A stretch of DNA of 64,000 nucleotides from Pyrinomonadaceae bacterium (GCA_035283325.1 DATEUF010000056.1:5908-69907); one strand, 5' to 3'; positions 1 to 10,530 are shown, numbered from the stretch's first letter. Notes: generated by a model not told the origin, from the sequence alone. Program-made: numbers and translations.

Positions 1-2
1 TC

Positions 3-182
3 ATTGTGGGTAAACAACCTCTACCAGGAAAGCTCTTTAAGCCACTGGCTTCCGGAGAGGCATTTCTCAACGATCAGGTGCCTGCTGCTGCATTTGACGC
101 CGCAGTTTTCGCCGTCACGTTGGAGCCGGAGAGCGGAGTCAGAGTGCCCACGGGAGAGCTTTATCTAAGCAGTGCAGGTTAG
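3..182 (+). CDS. Partial CDS (5' end outside window): C-terminal fragment resembling an RskA-type anti-sigma factor extracytoplasmic domain
   Basis: Frame 3 is open from the window edge to TAG 180-182. The translation ...AAVFAVTLEPESGVRVPTGELYLSSAG resembles the conserved 'TLEP.GG..PTG' C-terminus of RskA-like anti-sigma factors. By-eye match only. Confidence 0.4.
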   Translation: MVGKQPLPGKLFKPLASGEAFLNDQVPAAAFDAAVFAVTLEPESGVRVPTGELYLSSAG

Positions 183-291
183 GATATGAATGTTTCGAAT
201 TCTGCTCGCCACAAATCCAGATCCCGCTCGGTGAACGTAAATTTCACTTGTCAGAAAAGATTTCTCATCTTCCGAAACAGGAGAATGATTA

Positions 292-753
292 ATGCGAAAT
301 GCTAACCGAATTGCCCGCGCAGTTACTTCATCTGTAGTTCTTTCACTGCTCATGAGCACTTGCGTGATGGCCCAGGGCATGGCTAAGGAAAAATCTCTTT
401 ACGAACGAGTCGGGGGCTATGACGCTCTAGCTAAGGTAGTTGATGAGTTCATTGTCAGGCTGGTGGGTGATCAGCGCTTTAATAAATTCTTTGTTGGTCA
501 CAGCGCAGATTCCCAAAAGCGAATTCGCCAGCACATCCTGGACCAATTCTGCGCCGCCACTGGTGGTCCATGCATTTATACCGGCCGAGACATGAAAACC
601 ACACACCAGGGCCTTGCTATTACGGAGGCCGACTGGGAGGCGGCAGCGAAACACCTCGTCGGCTCGCTCGATAAATTCAAAGTGCCGCAAAAAGAGAAAG
701 ATGAGATTATGGCATTTGTAACGAGCCTGAAAAAGGACATAGTCGAGAAATAG
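292..753 (+). CDS. Group I truncated hemoglobin (trHbN-like) with a predicted N-terminal signal peptide
   Basis: 153-aa ORF with AGGAG about 9 nt upstream of ATG 292. 'SLYERVGG' and 'YTGRDMKTTHQGLAIT' (proximal His) are trHb hallmarks. The hydrophobic N-terminus ends in VMA|QG. Confidence 0.85.
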   Translation: MRNANRIARAVTSSVVLSLLMSTCVMAQGMAKEKSLYERVGGYDALAKVVDEFIVRLVGDQRFNKFFVGHSADSQKRIRQHILDQFCAATGGPCIYTGRDMKTTHQGLAITEADWEAAAKHLVGSLDKFKVPQKEKDEIMAFVTSLKKDIVEK

Positions 754-771
754 AGCAGGCTACTGAGTAAG

Positions 772-797
772 GGCGAAGTGGGGTTCGCCGGGTTTTT
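772..797 (+). terminator. Putative rho-independent terminator after the globin gene
   Basis: GGCGAA (772-777) pairs with TTCGCC (784-789). TTTTT follows at 793-797, 19 nt after the TAG stop. Confidence 0.45.
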
Positions 798-913
798 GCG
801 GACTGGCATGCCGCGGCAGCCCGCGTGAAACTCGGTTTCCCCTGAACTATTGCGAAGAAAGTTGGTACACTAGCTGTGCCAGTAAGTTCAGCTATGAAGA
901 CAAGAGATTAAAC

Positions 914-1123
914 GTGTCGAAGACAGACAAACCAAGGCCACCGCTTGAGAATGTGATTTCCGATCAAACGGGCCAATTTGATATGCGTTTCGTACTTTGG
1001 CGCCATTTCTGCGGGCAATACAATATCCCTGTTGAGACCCTTCCCAGCCAATTGAATGAGGAGCAAAAAGAGAGGTGGGAAGAGTTAAAAGCTCAAAGGC
1101 TGCGCGGGCCAAATAAAGAATAG
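914..1123 (+). CDS. Hypothetical small protein (69 aa)
   Basis: ORF track only. GTG start, weak RBS, no recognisable motif. Confidence 0.3.
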   Translation: MSKTDKPRPPLENVISDQTGQFDMRFVLWRHFCGQYNIPVETLPSQLNEEQKERWEELKAQRLRGPNKE

Positions 1124-1178
1124 CTGTCGCCGGCAAAAACCACCTTCTCACGCTTAGCCAGTTGTCTTAGTACTCCGT

Positions 1179-1868
1179 TCAAAATCTGCCGCTGCCGAGT
1201 TGGTATTCACCGGTCAGAAATGGGTTGGTCAAACGCTCCTGACCAATCGTGGTGACTGGCCCATGGCCGGAATAAACCTCCACATCATCCCCAAGTGGCA
1301 GCAACCTGTTCATTATTGAATCCAGTAGCGCAGTAGTTGAGCCTCCAGGCAGATCCGTTCTGCCTACCGAGCCGGCAAACAAGACGTCTCCAACAAACAC
1401 TCTCTTTTCCGCCGGGGCAAACATTACTATGTGGCCCGGTGTGTGTCCCGGGCAGTGGATGATCCTGAAATCGAGCAGTCCAACCTTGTAAATTTGCTGA
1501 TCTGTCCAATACTCATCAATGCGTGGGGGTGGTTCGTAAGCGAACCCTAATTGTGCCCATTGAGAGCGTGGAATGCCAATCCAGGCCGGCTGCTCCGGAA
1601 GCTGAAGATAAAGAGGCTCGTCTGCTTTATGAAGAATTATTTTCGCATGCGGACGCAATTTCTTCAAAGCGGCTACACCTCCTACGTGATCCATGTGCGC
1701 ATGAGTTAACGTAATAGCCTGCAACTCAAAGTCGTGCTTTTCGATGGCGTCCACAATCCGCTCCGAGTCGTCACCAGGATCGATGCAGACGGCCAGACGA
1801 GTGCTCTCACAACCCACTACCCGCGTGTGCTGCTGAAAGGCCGTAACGGTTATTTCTTCGATGATCAC
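1179..1868 (-). CDS. MBL-fold metallo-hydrolase (glyoxalase II / YcbL-like)
   Basis: 'THAHMDHVGG' metal-binding motif, 'CPGHTPGH', 'GRTDLPGG'. 229 aa. Confidence 0.85.
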   Translation of the reverse strand: MIIEEITVTAFQQHTRVVGCESTRLAVCIDPGDDSERIVDAIEKHDFELQAITLTHAHMDHVGGVAALKKLRPHAKIILHKADEPLYLQLPEQPAWIGIPRSQWAQLGFAYEPPPRIDEYWTDQQIYKVGLLDFRIIHCPGHTPGHIVMFAPAEKRVFVGDVLFAGSVGRTDLPGGSTTALLDSIMNRLLPLGDDVEVYSGHGPVTTIGQERLTNPFLTGEYQLGSGRF

Positions 1869-1995
1869 TAATTAAGCAAGAAATGTGATGACTCACACAT
1901 GACTACTGAACCTTTATCGGCAACTGCCGACTGACAAAAATCATCGAAAGAGTATAATTCCCTGGAGAGGATTCTACGAGGTTTCAACAAGAAGA

Positions 1996-3069
1996 ATGCC
2001 AGTTACTACGAAATCGGCGCCACTCGCGGCAGTGCTTGATGCATTGACGGTGGAAGGCGCGGCGGAGTTAGCCGAACGCCTGTCGGGAAATGCGTTGAAA
2101 TGTTATGCCTGCGGTCATCGCTGCCTCATTAAAGATGGCAAACGCGGCATTTGTAAGGTGCGTTTCAATGCTGGAGGTCACCTGCGCGTACCTGCTAACT
2201 ACGTTGCGGCACTCGCTTCTGACCCGACAGAAAAGAAGCCTTTCTTTCACGTGTTGCCGGGTTCTGACACTTTGACGTTTGGCATGTTGGGTTGCGATTT
2301 GCATTGTGCCTATTGTCAAAACTGGTTGACGTCCCAGGCGCTTCGTGACGATGCCGCTGGCACAAGACCCCAACTGGTCTCATCTGACCGGGTGGTGGCC
2401 ATGGCCAAGGCCTATGGTGCTTCTATGGTGGGAAGTAGCTACAACGAACCCCTGATTACTGCCGAATGGGCCGTGGAAGTCTTCCAAAAAGCGCGGCGGG
2501 AAGACTTAAGGACAGCGTTCATCTCCAATGGCAATGCCACCCCTCAGGTGCTTGACTACCTCCGACCATGGACCGATTGCTATAAGATCGATTTGAAAAC
2601 GATGAGCGATAAGAATTATCGCCAATTGGGTGGCGTCGTCGATAACATTCTCGAAACGGTCAAGATGGTCCATGACCGCGGTTTCTGGGAAGAGATCGTT
2701 ACGCTCATAATCCCCGGTTTCAATGATTCGGAAGATGAGTTGAGGCGCGCCGCTGAGTTTATTGTTTCAGTCTCGCCCGATATTCCCTGGCATGTTACTG
2801 CATTCCACCAGGACTATCACATGACTGACAACACAAATACCACGGCTGAGCAGTTGATCCGGGCTTGTGAAATAGGGCGGGAAGCAGGGTTGCGCTACAT
2901 CTATGCGGGGAACTTACCTGGCAGAGTGGGTTCCTGGGAAAATACTTATTGCCCGTCGTGTGACACTTTGCTAGTCGAGCGGTACGGCTATCTAATCCGG
3001 CAGATGAATATCCGCGGCAATGGTCAGTGCCCCACCTGCGCCACGTTAATCCCCGGTATTTGGTCGTAA
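1996..3069 (+). CDS. amrS: AmmeMemoRadiSam system radical SAM enzyme
   Basis: N-terminal 'CYACGHRCLIKDGKRGICKVR' cysteine cluster followed by the radical SAM 'CDLHCAYCQNW' (CxxxCxxC) motif. The C-terminal 'CPSC...CPTC' and 357-aa length are typical of AmrS. Confidence 0.85.
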   Translation: MPVTTKSAPLAAVLDALTVEGAAELAERLSGNALKCYACGHRCLIKDGKRGICKVRFNAGGHLRVPANYVAALASDPTEKKPFFHVLPGSDTLTFGMLGCDLHCAYCQNWLTSQALRDDAAGTRPQLVSSDRVVAMAKAYGASMVGSSYNEPLITAEWAVEVFQKARREDLRTAFISNGNATPQVLDYLRPWTDCYKIDLKTMSDKNYRQLGGVVDNILETVKMVHDRGFWEEIVTLIIPGFNDSEDELRRAAEFIVSVSPDIPWHVTAFHQDYHMTDNTNTTAEQLIRACEIGREAGLRYIYAGNLPGRVGSWENTYCPSCDTLLVERYGYLIRQMNIRGNGQCPTCATLIPGIWS

Positions 3070-3142
3070 CCGCCACGTGTGCGCGACGGCTACGACCTGA
3101 CCAATCGTTTCAGCTTCGCCCGAACGTTCAGCTTTGCGGCAA

Positions 3143-4090
3143 CTATCGGGCCGGTGACGCACTGGCTGCGGGTTTTGCCGTTGCTTTGGGTAACACAGTG
3201 CCCTGGTGGAACAGGGCAACCCATTTCCCATTTCGCTCCACCCAAATTGTCGAATGCCGTTCCGTCGAGGCATTCGGAGCGGGCATCTTAACGATGTACG
3301 TCACCAGCATGGCATCATCATTAAGTTTCACCGGCTTAAAATCTGACAGTGCGACTTTCGAGAAATCGAATTGGCTGACAAGCTTGATTGAACCAGCTTT
3401 GTCGTATACCCCGTCGGGTTCTACTTCTATCGATTCCGGCGCCAGCAGGGAAGCAAAGCCATCGAAATTCTTAGCTTTGAGCGCCGCCCAAATGGTTTGT
3501 TCATTGGCGACAGGATCCGAGCCAGTTGTCAGTGGGGACGGGGCGACACTGGGACTCGACTTTGCGGCATCCGCTTTCGGAGGTTGCGTCGCAGGCATAG
3601 CTTTGGCCTCAGTTTCCTGGTGGTAAATCAACAGCCACTTGCCGGCGCGATTTACCCATGCGGAACTTGCCCGAATGGGTGAAGGAGAAAATGGTTCTCC
3701 CTTGTAGCTTCCCTTAACTTTCGCTGTGTACGTGGTTACAAAGGCATCCTTGTCAATGGGTAGGAGCCGCCACTCAGAGAAGGTGGCATCTGTGATTACG
3801 AGATCCTTGCTCGCACTAATGATGCCTGTCTTGTCGAACAAGGTATCGAGACTTGCCTCCACGTAATCGCTGTCTAAGGCGTTTCCAAAGGCGTCATAAT
3901 TCTTACTCTTGATGCTATCCCAAACAGCCCTCTCCTTTGATGATGCTTCTGCTTCAGTCATCATTGCTGCTGGTTTCGTTTCGGCCATCATGTTCGCATT
4001 GGACATCGGCGCGGTGTTGGTTACCTCGGTAGGCGCCGCGCACGCAGCCGCCGCCAAAGCAGACACAAGTACTGCAAATAGCTTCTTCAT
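3143..4090 (-). CDS. Lipoprotein with two tandem DUF4440/SnoaL-like (NTF2-fold) domains
   Basis: Lipobox-like 'LAAAACAAP' follows the signal peptide. An internally duplicated module is present ('...WDSIKSKNYDAF...AWVNRAGKWLLIYHQET' and '...WAALKAKNFDGF...IWVERNGKWVALFHQGT'). Confidence 0.7.
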   Translation of the reverse strand: MKKLFAVLVSALAAAACAAPTEVTNTAPMSNANMMAETKPAAMMTEAEASSKERAVWDSIKSKNYDAFGNALDSDYVEASLDTLFDKTGIISASKDLVITDATFSEWRLLPIDKDAFVTTYTAKVKGSYKGEPFSPSPIRASSAWVNRAGKWLLIYHQETEAKAMPATQPPKADAAKSSPSVAPSPLTTGSDPVANEQTIWAALKAKNFDGFASLLAPESIEVEPDGVYDKAGSIKLVSQFDFSKVALSDFKPVKLNDDAMLVTYIVKMPAPNASTERHSTIWVERNGKWVALFHQGTVLPKATAKPAASASPAR

Positions 4091-4262
4091 AATCAGACTC
4101 CTGGACCTTTTTTAGTTTGTAGCGCAGGCTTTCTATTCCAAAAGGCCCTCATTAGTCAAGCAGCCCGAGTTGATCCCGGGGTTGATCCGGAAGTCGTATT
4201 TTTCTAAAATTCTAACTAACGGCCGGGTAACAATCCCGAAACCAGCCAAGCTGCTCGAATCG

Positions 4263-4291
4263 TTGACATGAGCATCGGCTGGCGATATTGT
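4263..4291 (+). promoter_or_regulatory. Candidate sigma70-type promoter
   Basis: TTGACA (4263-4268), a 17-nt spacer, then TATTGT (4286-4291), about 125 nt upstream of ATG 4417. Confidence 0.3.
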
Positions 4292-4416
4292 CACGGCACA
4301 GGATCGCTCGAAAGCCTCCCTGGCAGTCAGCTGGATCACGGTCAACAATTTCGGTCTTCTCCAAACTTTCGGCTGGTGCCACCCGACCACAGTTCTTAGA
4401 AAGGAGAAAACCCCAT

Positions 4417-4929
4417 ATGCTCCGTAAGAAAATTCCCTCAGTTCCACAAGCAGGTATCGCGAACCTTCCGCTGGCCGCAATTTGCCTGTTCCTCACTGTT
4501 TCGAGTCTGGCCAACGCGCAAGGCGCACGGCGCAATGCAGCGTCTGCTTCCGCCGAAGAGGATGCTCCAGCTTTTCACGAAGTGCGCGGTATTCAATTGG
4601 GCATGGTGGCCGATGAGGTGCGTAAGAAGCTTGGAGATCCAAAAGATAAGAGTGACGAGCAGGACTTCTTTGTTATTAATGACTCGGAGACGGCCCAGGT
4701 GCTTTATGATAAATCGAGGAAGGTAATCACTATCTCCGTAGACTTTATGGGGATGTCTACTACCGCCCCCACGGCGAAACAAGTCTTTGGTTCTGATATT
4801 GAGGCCAAGCCCGATGGCTCAATCTACAAGATGGTGCGGTACCCGAAAGCAGGATACTGGCTTTCATATAATCGGACCGCAGGCACGTCTCCGCTAACCA
4901 CGATCACTCTGCAAAAGATTGAGCAGTAA
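4417..4929 (+). CDS. Secreted hypothetical protein (possible SmpA/OmlA-like fold)
   Basis: The ORF-track frame is trimmed to ATG 4417, which is preceded by AAGGAG (4401-4406). Signal peptide '...LFLTVSSLANAQG'. 'GIQLGMVADEVRKKLGDP' is reminiscent of BamE-like proteins. Confidence 0.6.
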   Translation: MLRKKIPSVPQAGIANLPLAAICLFLTVSSLANAQGARRNAASASAEEDAPAFHEVRGIQLGMVADEVRKKLGDPKDKSDEQDFFVINDSETAQVLYDKSRKVITISVDFMGMSTTAPTAKQVFGSDIEAKPDGSIYKMVRYPKAGYWLSYNRTAGTSPLTTITLQKIEQ

Positions 4930-5022
4930 AACTCGCTCTTAACCCCTACAGACACCCATCTGCGGCGCCGTTGGTTTTGGTGTGCACGTTAGATAGACGA
5001 TGCGGCCCGGTGAGCCTTATTC

Positions 5023-6045
5023 TTGTATGTGATGCCGTTACTTACGAGAGAGGATTCTATTGGTCCAATACCGATAGGCAGCCTTTCAGCTGAAATCAAG
5101 AAGAGAGCTCGTATCGCGGGGTTCGACCTTGTGGGCATTGCGCGTGCTGAGCCTCTGCCGGAGCAGCGGCGCCAATTAAACCAGTGGCTCGCTCGAGGCT
5201 ATCACGGGGAGATGCACTGGCTCGCACGAGATCCTGATCGACGCAGCGACCCGCGCGAGATTTTTCCACCTGCCCGCTCTGTCGTAGTTGTTGCGCTGAA
5301 CTATTACACTCCTGAACAGCACGCTGAACGAGTTGAAACCGGGAAGGTATCGCGCTACGCCTGGGGCGATGATTATCACCTCATTGTAACCAGTAAATTG
5401 CAGTCGCTTCTGTTGTGGATCAAACAACTCTTACCGGCGGCGGAAGGAAAGGTTTGTGTAGACACGCAGCCGATCATGGATAAGGCCTGGGCCGAGCGAG
5501 CAGGGCTGGGCTGGATAGGGAAACATACTAACCTTATTACCAAGGAATTTGGTTCCTGGGTATTTCTGGGCGAACTCTTATTAAACCTTGAACTTGAATA
5601 TGACGGTGACACGGTGGAGGATCACTGTGGCACCTGCACATTATGCATTGAGGCCTGTCCGACTGAAGCGATATGCGAGCCGTATGTGTTGGATTCGAAT
5701 AAATGCATCTCCTATGCGACGATCGAATTACGCACGCCTGAATTTCCCGCTGAGATCGCCCATAACCTCGATGGCTGGTTTTATGGGTGCGATATTTGTC
5801 AGGACGTTTGCCCATGGAATCGCTTTGCCCAAATCAGTAACGAAGTCGGGTTTGCGCCTCGGCCCGGGAATGTTGACGTTAACCTGGCCGAGATTCTAGA
5901 GCTAAGTCCTGAAACTTATGCCGAAAGGTTTCGCCACAGTGCGATGAAGCGAGCGAAGCTTTCGGGTCTGCAGCGAAACGCCCGTAGTTTGAGAGAGCAA
6001 AGAGCAAAGAGCAAAGGGCAAGGGGCAAAGGGCGAAGTGCTCTGA
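5023..6045 (+). CDS. queG: tRNA epoxyqueuosine(34) reductase
   Basis: 'CGTCTLCIEACPTEAI' and 'GCDICQDVCPWNRF' 4Fe-4S motifs plus 'CISYATIE'. TTG start at 5023, with an alternative ATG at 5032. The last ~16 codons are encoded by a repeat element. Confidence 0.85.
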   Translation: MYVMPLLTREDSIGPIPIGSLSAEIKKRARIAGFDLVGIARAEPLPEQRRQLNQWLARGYHGEMHWLARDPDRRSDPREIFPPARSVVVVALNYYTPEQHAERVETGKVSRYAWGDDYHLIVTSKLQSLLLWIKQLLPAAEGKVCVDTQPIMDKAWAERAGLGWIGKHTNLITKEFGSWVFLGELLLNLELEYDGDTVEDHCGTCTLCIEACPTEAICEPYVLDSNKCISYATIELRTPEFPAEIAHNLDGWFYGCDICQDVCPWNRFAQISNEVGFAPRPGNVDVNLAEILELSPETYAERFRHSAMKRAKLSGLQRNARSLREQRAKSKGQGAKGEVL

Positions 6046-6285
6046 TCATTTTCCATTTGACATTTACCAATTGCCATTGGCTATCTAGGCAGAGCAGCAA
6101 ATCTAGGCACAGCAGCAAACCTTCTGGACGGCACATCTGTGCAGAGCAGCAAGTTGCCAATGCTAGTTGTCAATCGATGAAAAATGTCAAATGTCGAATG
6201 TCAAATGGAAAATGGAAAATGGAAAATGATCCGAGCACTTCGCCCTTTGCCCCTTGCCCTTTGCACTTTGCTCTTTGCTCTTTGC
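5995..6285. repeat. Composite inverted repeat with arms built from 6-7 nt tandem units (STRR-like hairpin element)
   Basis: The left arm (5995-6066) is the reverse complement of the right arm (6181-6285), with differing unit counts. Shared core: GGCAAGGGGCAAAGGGCGAAGTGCTC(T/G)GATCATTTTCCATTT. Confidence 0.85.
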
Positions 6286-6343
6286 CCGCGGGCTGTTCTA
6301 TCTTCACTTCGATCTGCTCCAAATTTCTCCGAGGCAAAAATTA

Positions 6344-8056
6344 ATGAAACTGGCAATTTTCTTTCTAACCCTTTTTACGATCATCCATCTACCGTCTCCT
6401 TCCATATCCGCACAAGCGCCCAAGACGCCCGCCAATCTGCACCGCTTGGCTGAAGATTATTACAAGTGGCGCAATCAGAACTTTCCTGTCTTTTCGAGCG
6501 ACAGCGGACTGCACACCTGGGATGATCGACTCACTGACTACTCTCTTTCTTCAGTGCTCGCTCGCCGCCTCGAGGTGAAAGAGGTGCTCGGCAAAGTGCG
6601 CGCAATGCAGACCGAGAGCTGGAGCAAAGAGGATCGAATCGATTGGTTGTTGTTTCGCTCACAGCTAGAGGGAATCGAGTTTTTCAATCGAGTGATGGAT
6701 TTTGAAGCGACTGATCCGCAGACCTATGTCAACGAATGCAGTAACGGCATCTTTTCGCTCTTGAAAAAGGAATACGACACGCCGCGCAAGCGAGCGCTCG
6801 CCGCTACGTCCCGGTTGAAGCAGATGCCTTTTATGATCGAGCAAGCAAAGACCAATCTCAGCAAGCCAGTGCGTCTCTATGCGCAGCTCGCGATAGAGTC
6901 AGCGCGCTCCATCGATAGTCTTTTCCAGGACAGTCTCATGACCCTGGCCAAAGACCTCCCGCCCGCAGAGCAGACCGAACTGGTCAAGGCTCGCGATGCG
7001 GCGCTCATCTCGATTCACGGCTTTGCTGATTGGTTGGAAAAACGGCTTCCGGGAATGGTGGCCTTCAAGCCTATGGGGGAAGAAAACTACAACTATCTTT
7101 TGAAGAATGTCTATCTTCTGCCAATTGATGCGGATCAAGTTGAGATGTTGGGTCAGGTTGAGCTGGCACGTTACCGATCAATGGAATCCATGCTTCCCGA
7201 CCCCTCGCTTGCAGACCCGAACCCTGCGCGTAGCAAGAACATTCCACCCGATCAGCAGACGTTCCTAAAGGCATATGAAAGCCGCGAGACCGAGATGATC
7301 GAATTTTTAAGAACCAATAAGCTCGTCACGCTGCCTGGGTATCTTGGCCCCTTTCAGATTCGCCAGCTTCCTGAGGCCTTTAAACCCACCAGCCCCGGGG
7401 GTTTCATGAATGCGCCAGGCCTTTATGATAAGGATCCAAGCGGCTTTTACTTCATTCCGACTTACAATCCAGCAAGTAAAAACTTTTACATTCGCGCAGC
7501 CATTGAAGACCCGCGGCCGATTCTGGGACATGAGGGAATCCCCGGCCACTTTCTTCAGATCTCAATTGCCAACCATCTGGCGGACGAGATCCGCCGGCAA
7601 AATGGCGATGGCATCTTTATTGAAGGCTGGGCTCTATACACGGAAGAGATGCTGATGCGGACCGGCCTCTATCCAACGAATTCGGCCGCGCAGGGCCAAA
7701 TTCTGAGGCTTTCGCGCTATCGGGCGGCCCGTATTGGAGTGGACGTTAACTTGCACACCGGTCGCTGGACCTTCGATCAGGCGGTTAACTATTTTATGGA
7801 GGCTGGCGGCCTCGACCGTGAAGCTGCTACAGGAGAAGCTGCCGGTGCGGCTTCAAATCCCACCCAGAAGATCACTTACATTACGGGCAAGTGGCAGATC
7901 ATGCGATTATTGGGTAAGTATAAGGATAAGCAAGGACCAAATTTCCGCCTGGGCCAGTTTCATGATGATCTGTTAAAAAACGGCAGTCTACCGTTGTCTG
8001 TCGTGGAGTGGATCCTGCTGGACGATCGTTCCGCGCTCGACCAGGCCCTCAGGTGA
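6344..8056 (+). CDS. DUF885 family protein (secreted, metallopeptidase-like)
   Basis: 'GHEGIPGHFLQ' DUF885 signature. Start moved to ATG 6344, giving signal peptide 'MKLAIFFLTLFTIIHLPSPSISAQA'. The upstream part of the ORF lies in the repeat element. Confidence 0.8.
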   Translation: MKLAIFFLTLFTIIHLPSPSISAQAPKTPANLHRLAEDYYKWRNQNFPVFSSDSGLHTWDDRLTDYSLSSVLARRLEVKEVLGKVRAMQTESWSKEDRIDWLLFRSQLEGIEFFNRVMDFEATDPQTYVNECSNGIFSLLKKEYDTPRKRALAATSRLKQMPFMIEQAKTNLSKPVRLYAQLAIESARSIDSLFQDSLMTLAKDLPPAEQTELVKARDAALISIHGFADWLEKRLPGMVAFKPMGEENYNYLLKNVYLLPIDADQVEMLGQVELARYRSMESMLPDPSLADPNPARSKNIPPDQQTFLKAYESRETEMIEFLRTNKLVTLPGYLGPFQIRQLPEAFKPTSPGGFMNAPGLYDKDPSGFYFIPTYNPASKNFYIRAAIEDPRPILGHEGIPGHFLQISIANHLADEIRRQNGDGIFIEGWALYTEEMLMRTGLYPTNSAAQGQILRLSRYRAARIGVDVNLHTGRWTFDQAVNYFMEAGGLDREAATGEAAGAASNPTQKITYITGKWQIMRLLGKYKDKQGPNFRLGQFHDDLLKNGSLPLSVVEWILLDDRSALDQALR

Positions 8057-8125
8057 CCCGGTCTGGCAGTTTCTTATTAAGAACGCCGAGGGAGTAGAAT
8101 ATCCTCTATATTGACATTTATGCAG

Positions 8126-8303
8126 TTTCGGGGGAGCCGCAGACGCGGCTGAGAGTCTGGAGCATTTCGTTCGCAATTGCCGAGGGGTCGATTAACAGAT
8201 CCTAATCTTTAGTTTTGGTTAATCGGAAATCAAATCTAAAACAGGCATTCTATATCCAGAGACCCCTTGAACCTGATACGGTTAGCACCGTCGAAGGGAG
8301 CAA
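8126..8303 (+). promoter_or_regulatory. TPP (THI-box) riboswitch upstream of thiC
   Basis: 'GGGGAGCCGCAGACGCGGCUGAGAG' ... 'ACCCCUUGAACCUGAUACGGUUAGCACCGUCGAAGGGAGC' matches the conserved THI-element cores. A ~95-nt insertion sits in the variable P3 stem. Confidence 0.85.
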
Positions 8304-8379
8304 ACAGCCATCACGACCGTTCCTACCTTTTTGATGGGGGGAGCGGTCTTTGAGTTTAGGCACTTCAAATTGATTTTGA

Positions 8380-10347
<1,968 letters not shown>

Positions 10348-10357
10348 ACTTGTTCAT

Positions 10358-10530
10358 CTTGTAAAATAATGTAAATCCTGTCGAGACATCCAGACGCGAA
10401 CAGAAGCAGCGCTTAGATTGGATTAACAGAATTTACAAGATGGAAAGGCACGCGACCACTTTTGCTGATCTTCTAAACTAAGTCATGACGACCTTGGGTT
10501 CAACTTGTAAACTATCTAAATCCTGTCGAC
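10358..10530. repeat. Three copies of a ~25-28 nt repeat (two direct, one inverted) just downstream of thiC
   Basis: CTTGTAAAATAATGTAAATCCTGTCGAG (10358-10385) and CTTGTAAACTATCTAAATCCTGTCGAC (10504-10530) are direct copies. The reverse complement of 10415-10439 is CTTGTAAATTCTGTTAATCCAATCT. Confidence 0.7.

Noticed and set aside
5879-6453. ORFs 5879-6160 (minus strand), 6057-6344 and 6184-6453 (plus strand), and the first 30 codons of ORF 6254-8056.
   Set aside because: They are translations of the tandem-repeat palindrome (for example MSNVECQMENGKWKM, LCLDLLLCLD). They are repeat-derived and lack RBSs. The DUF885 gene is better started at ATG 6344, which gives it a signal peptide.
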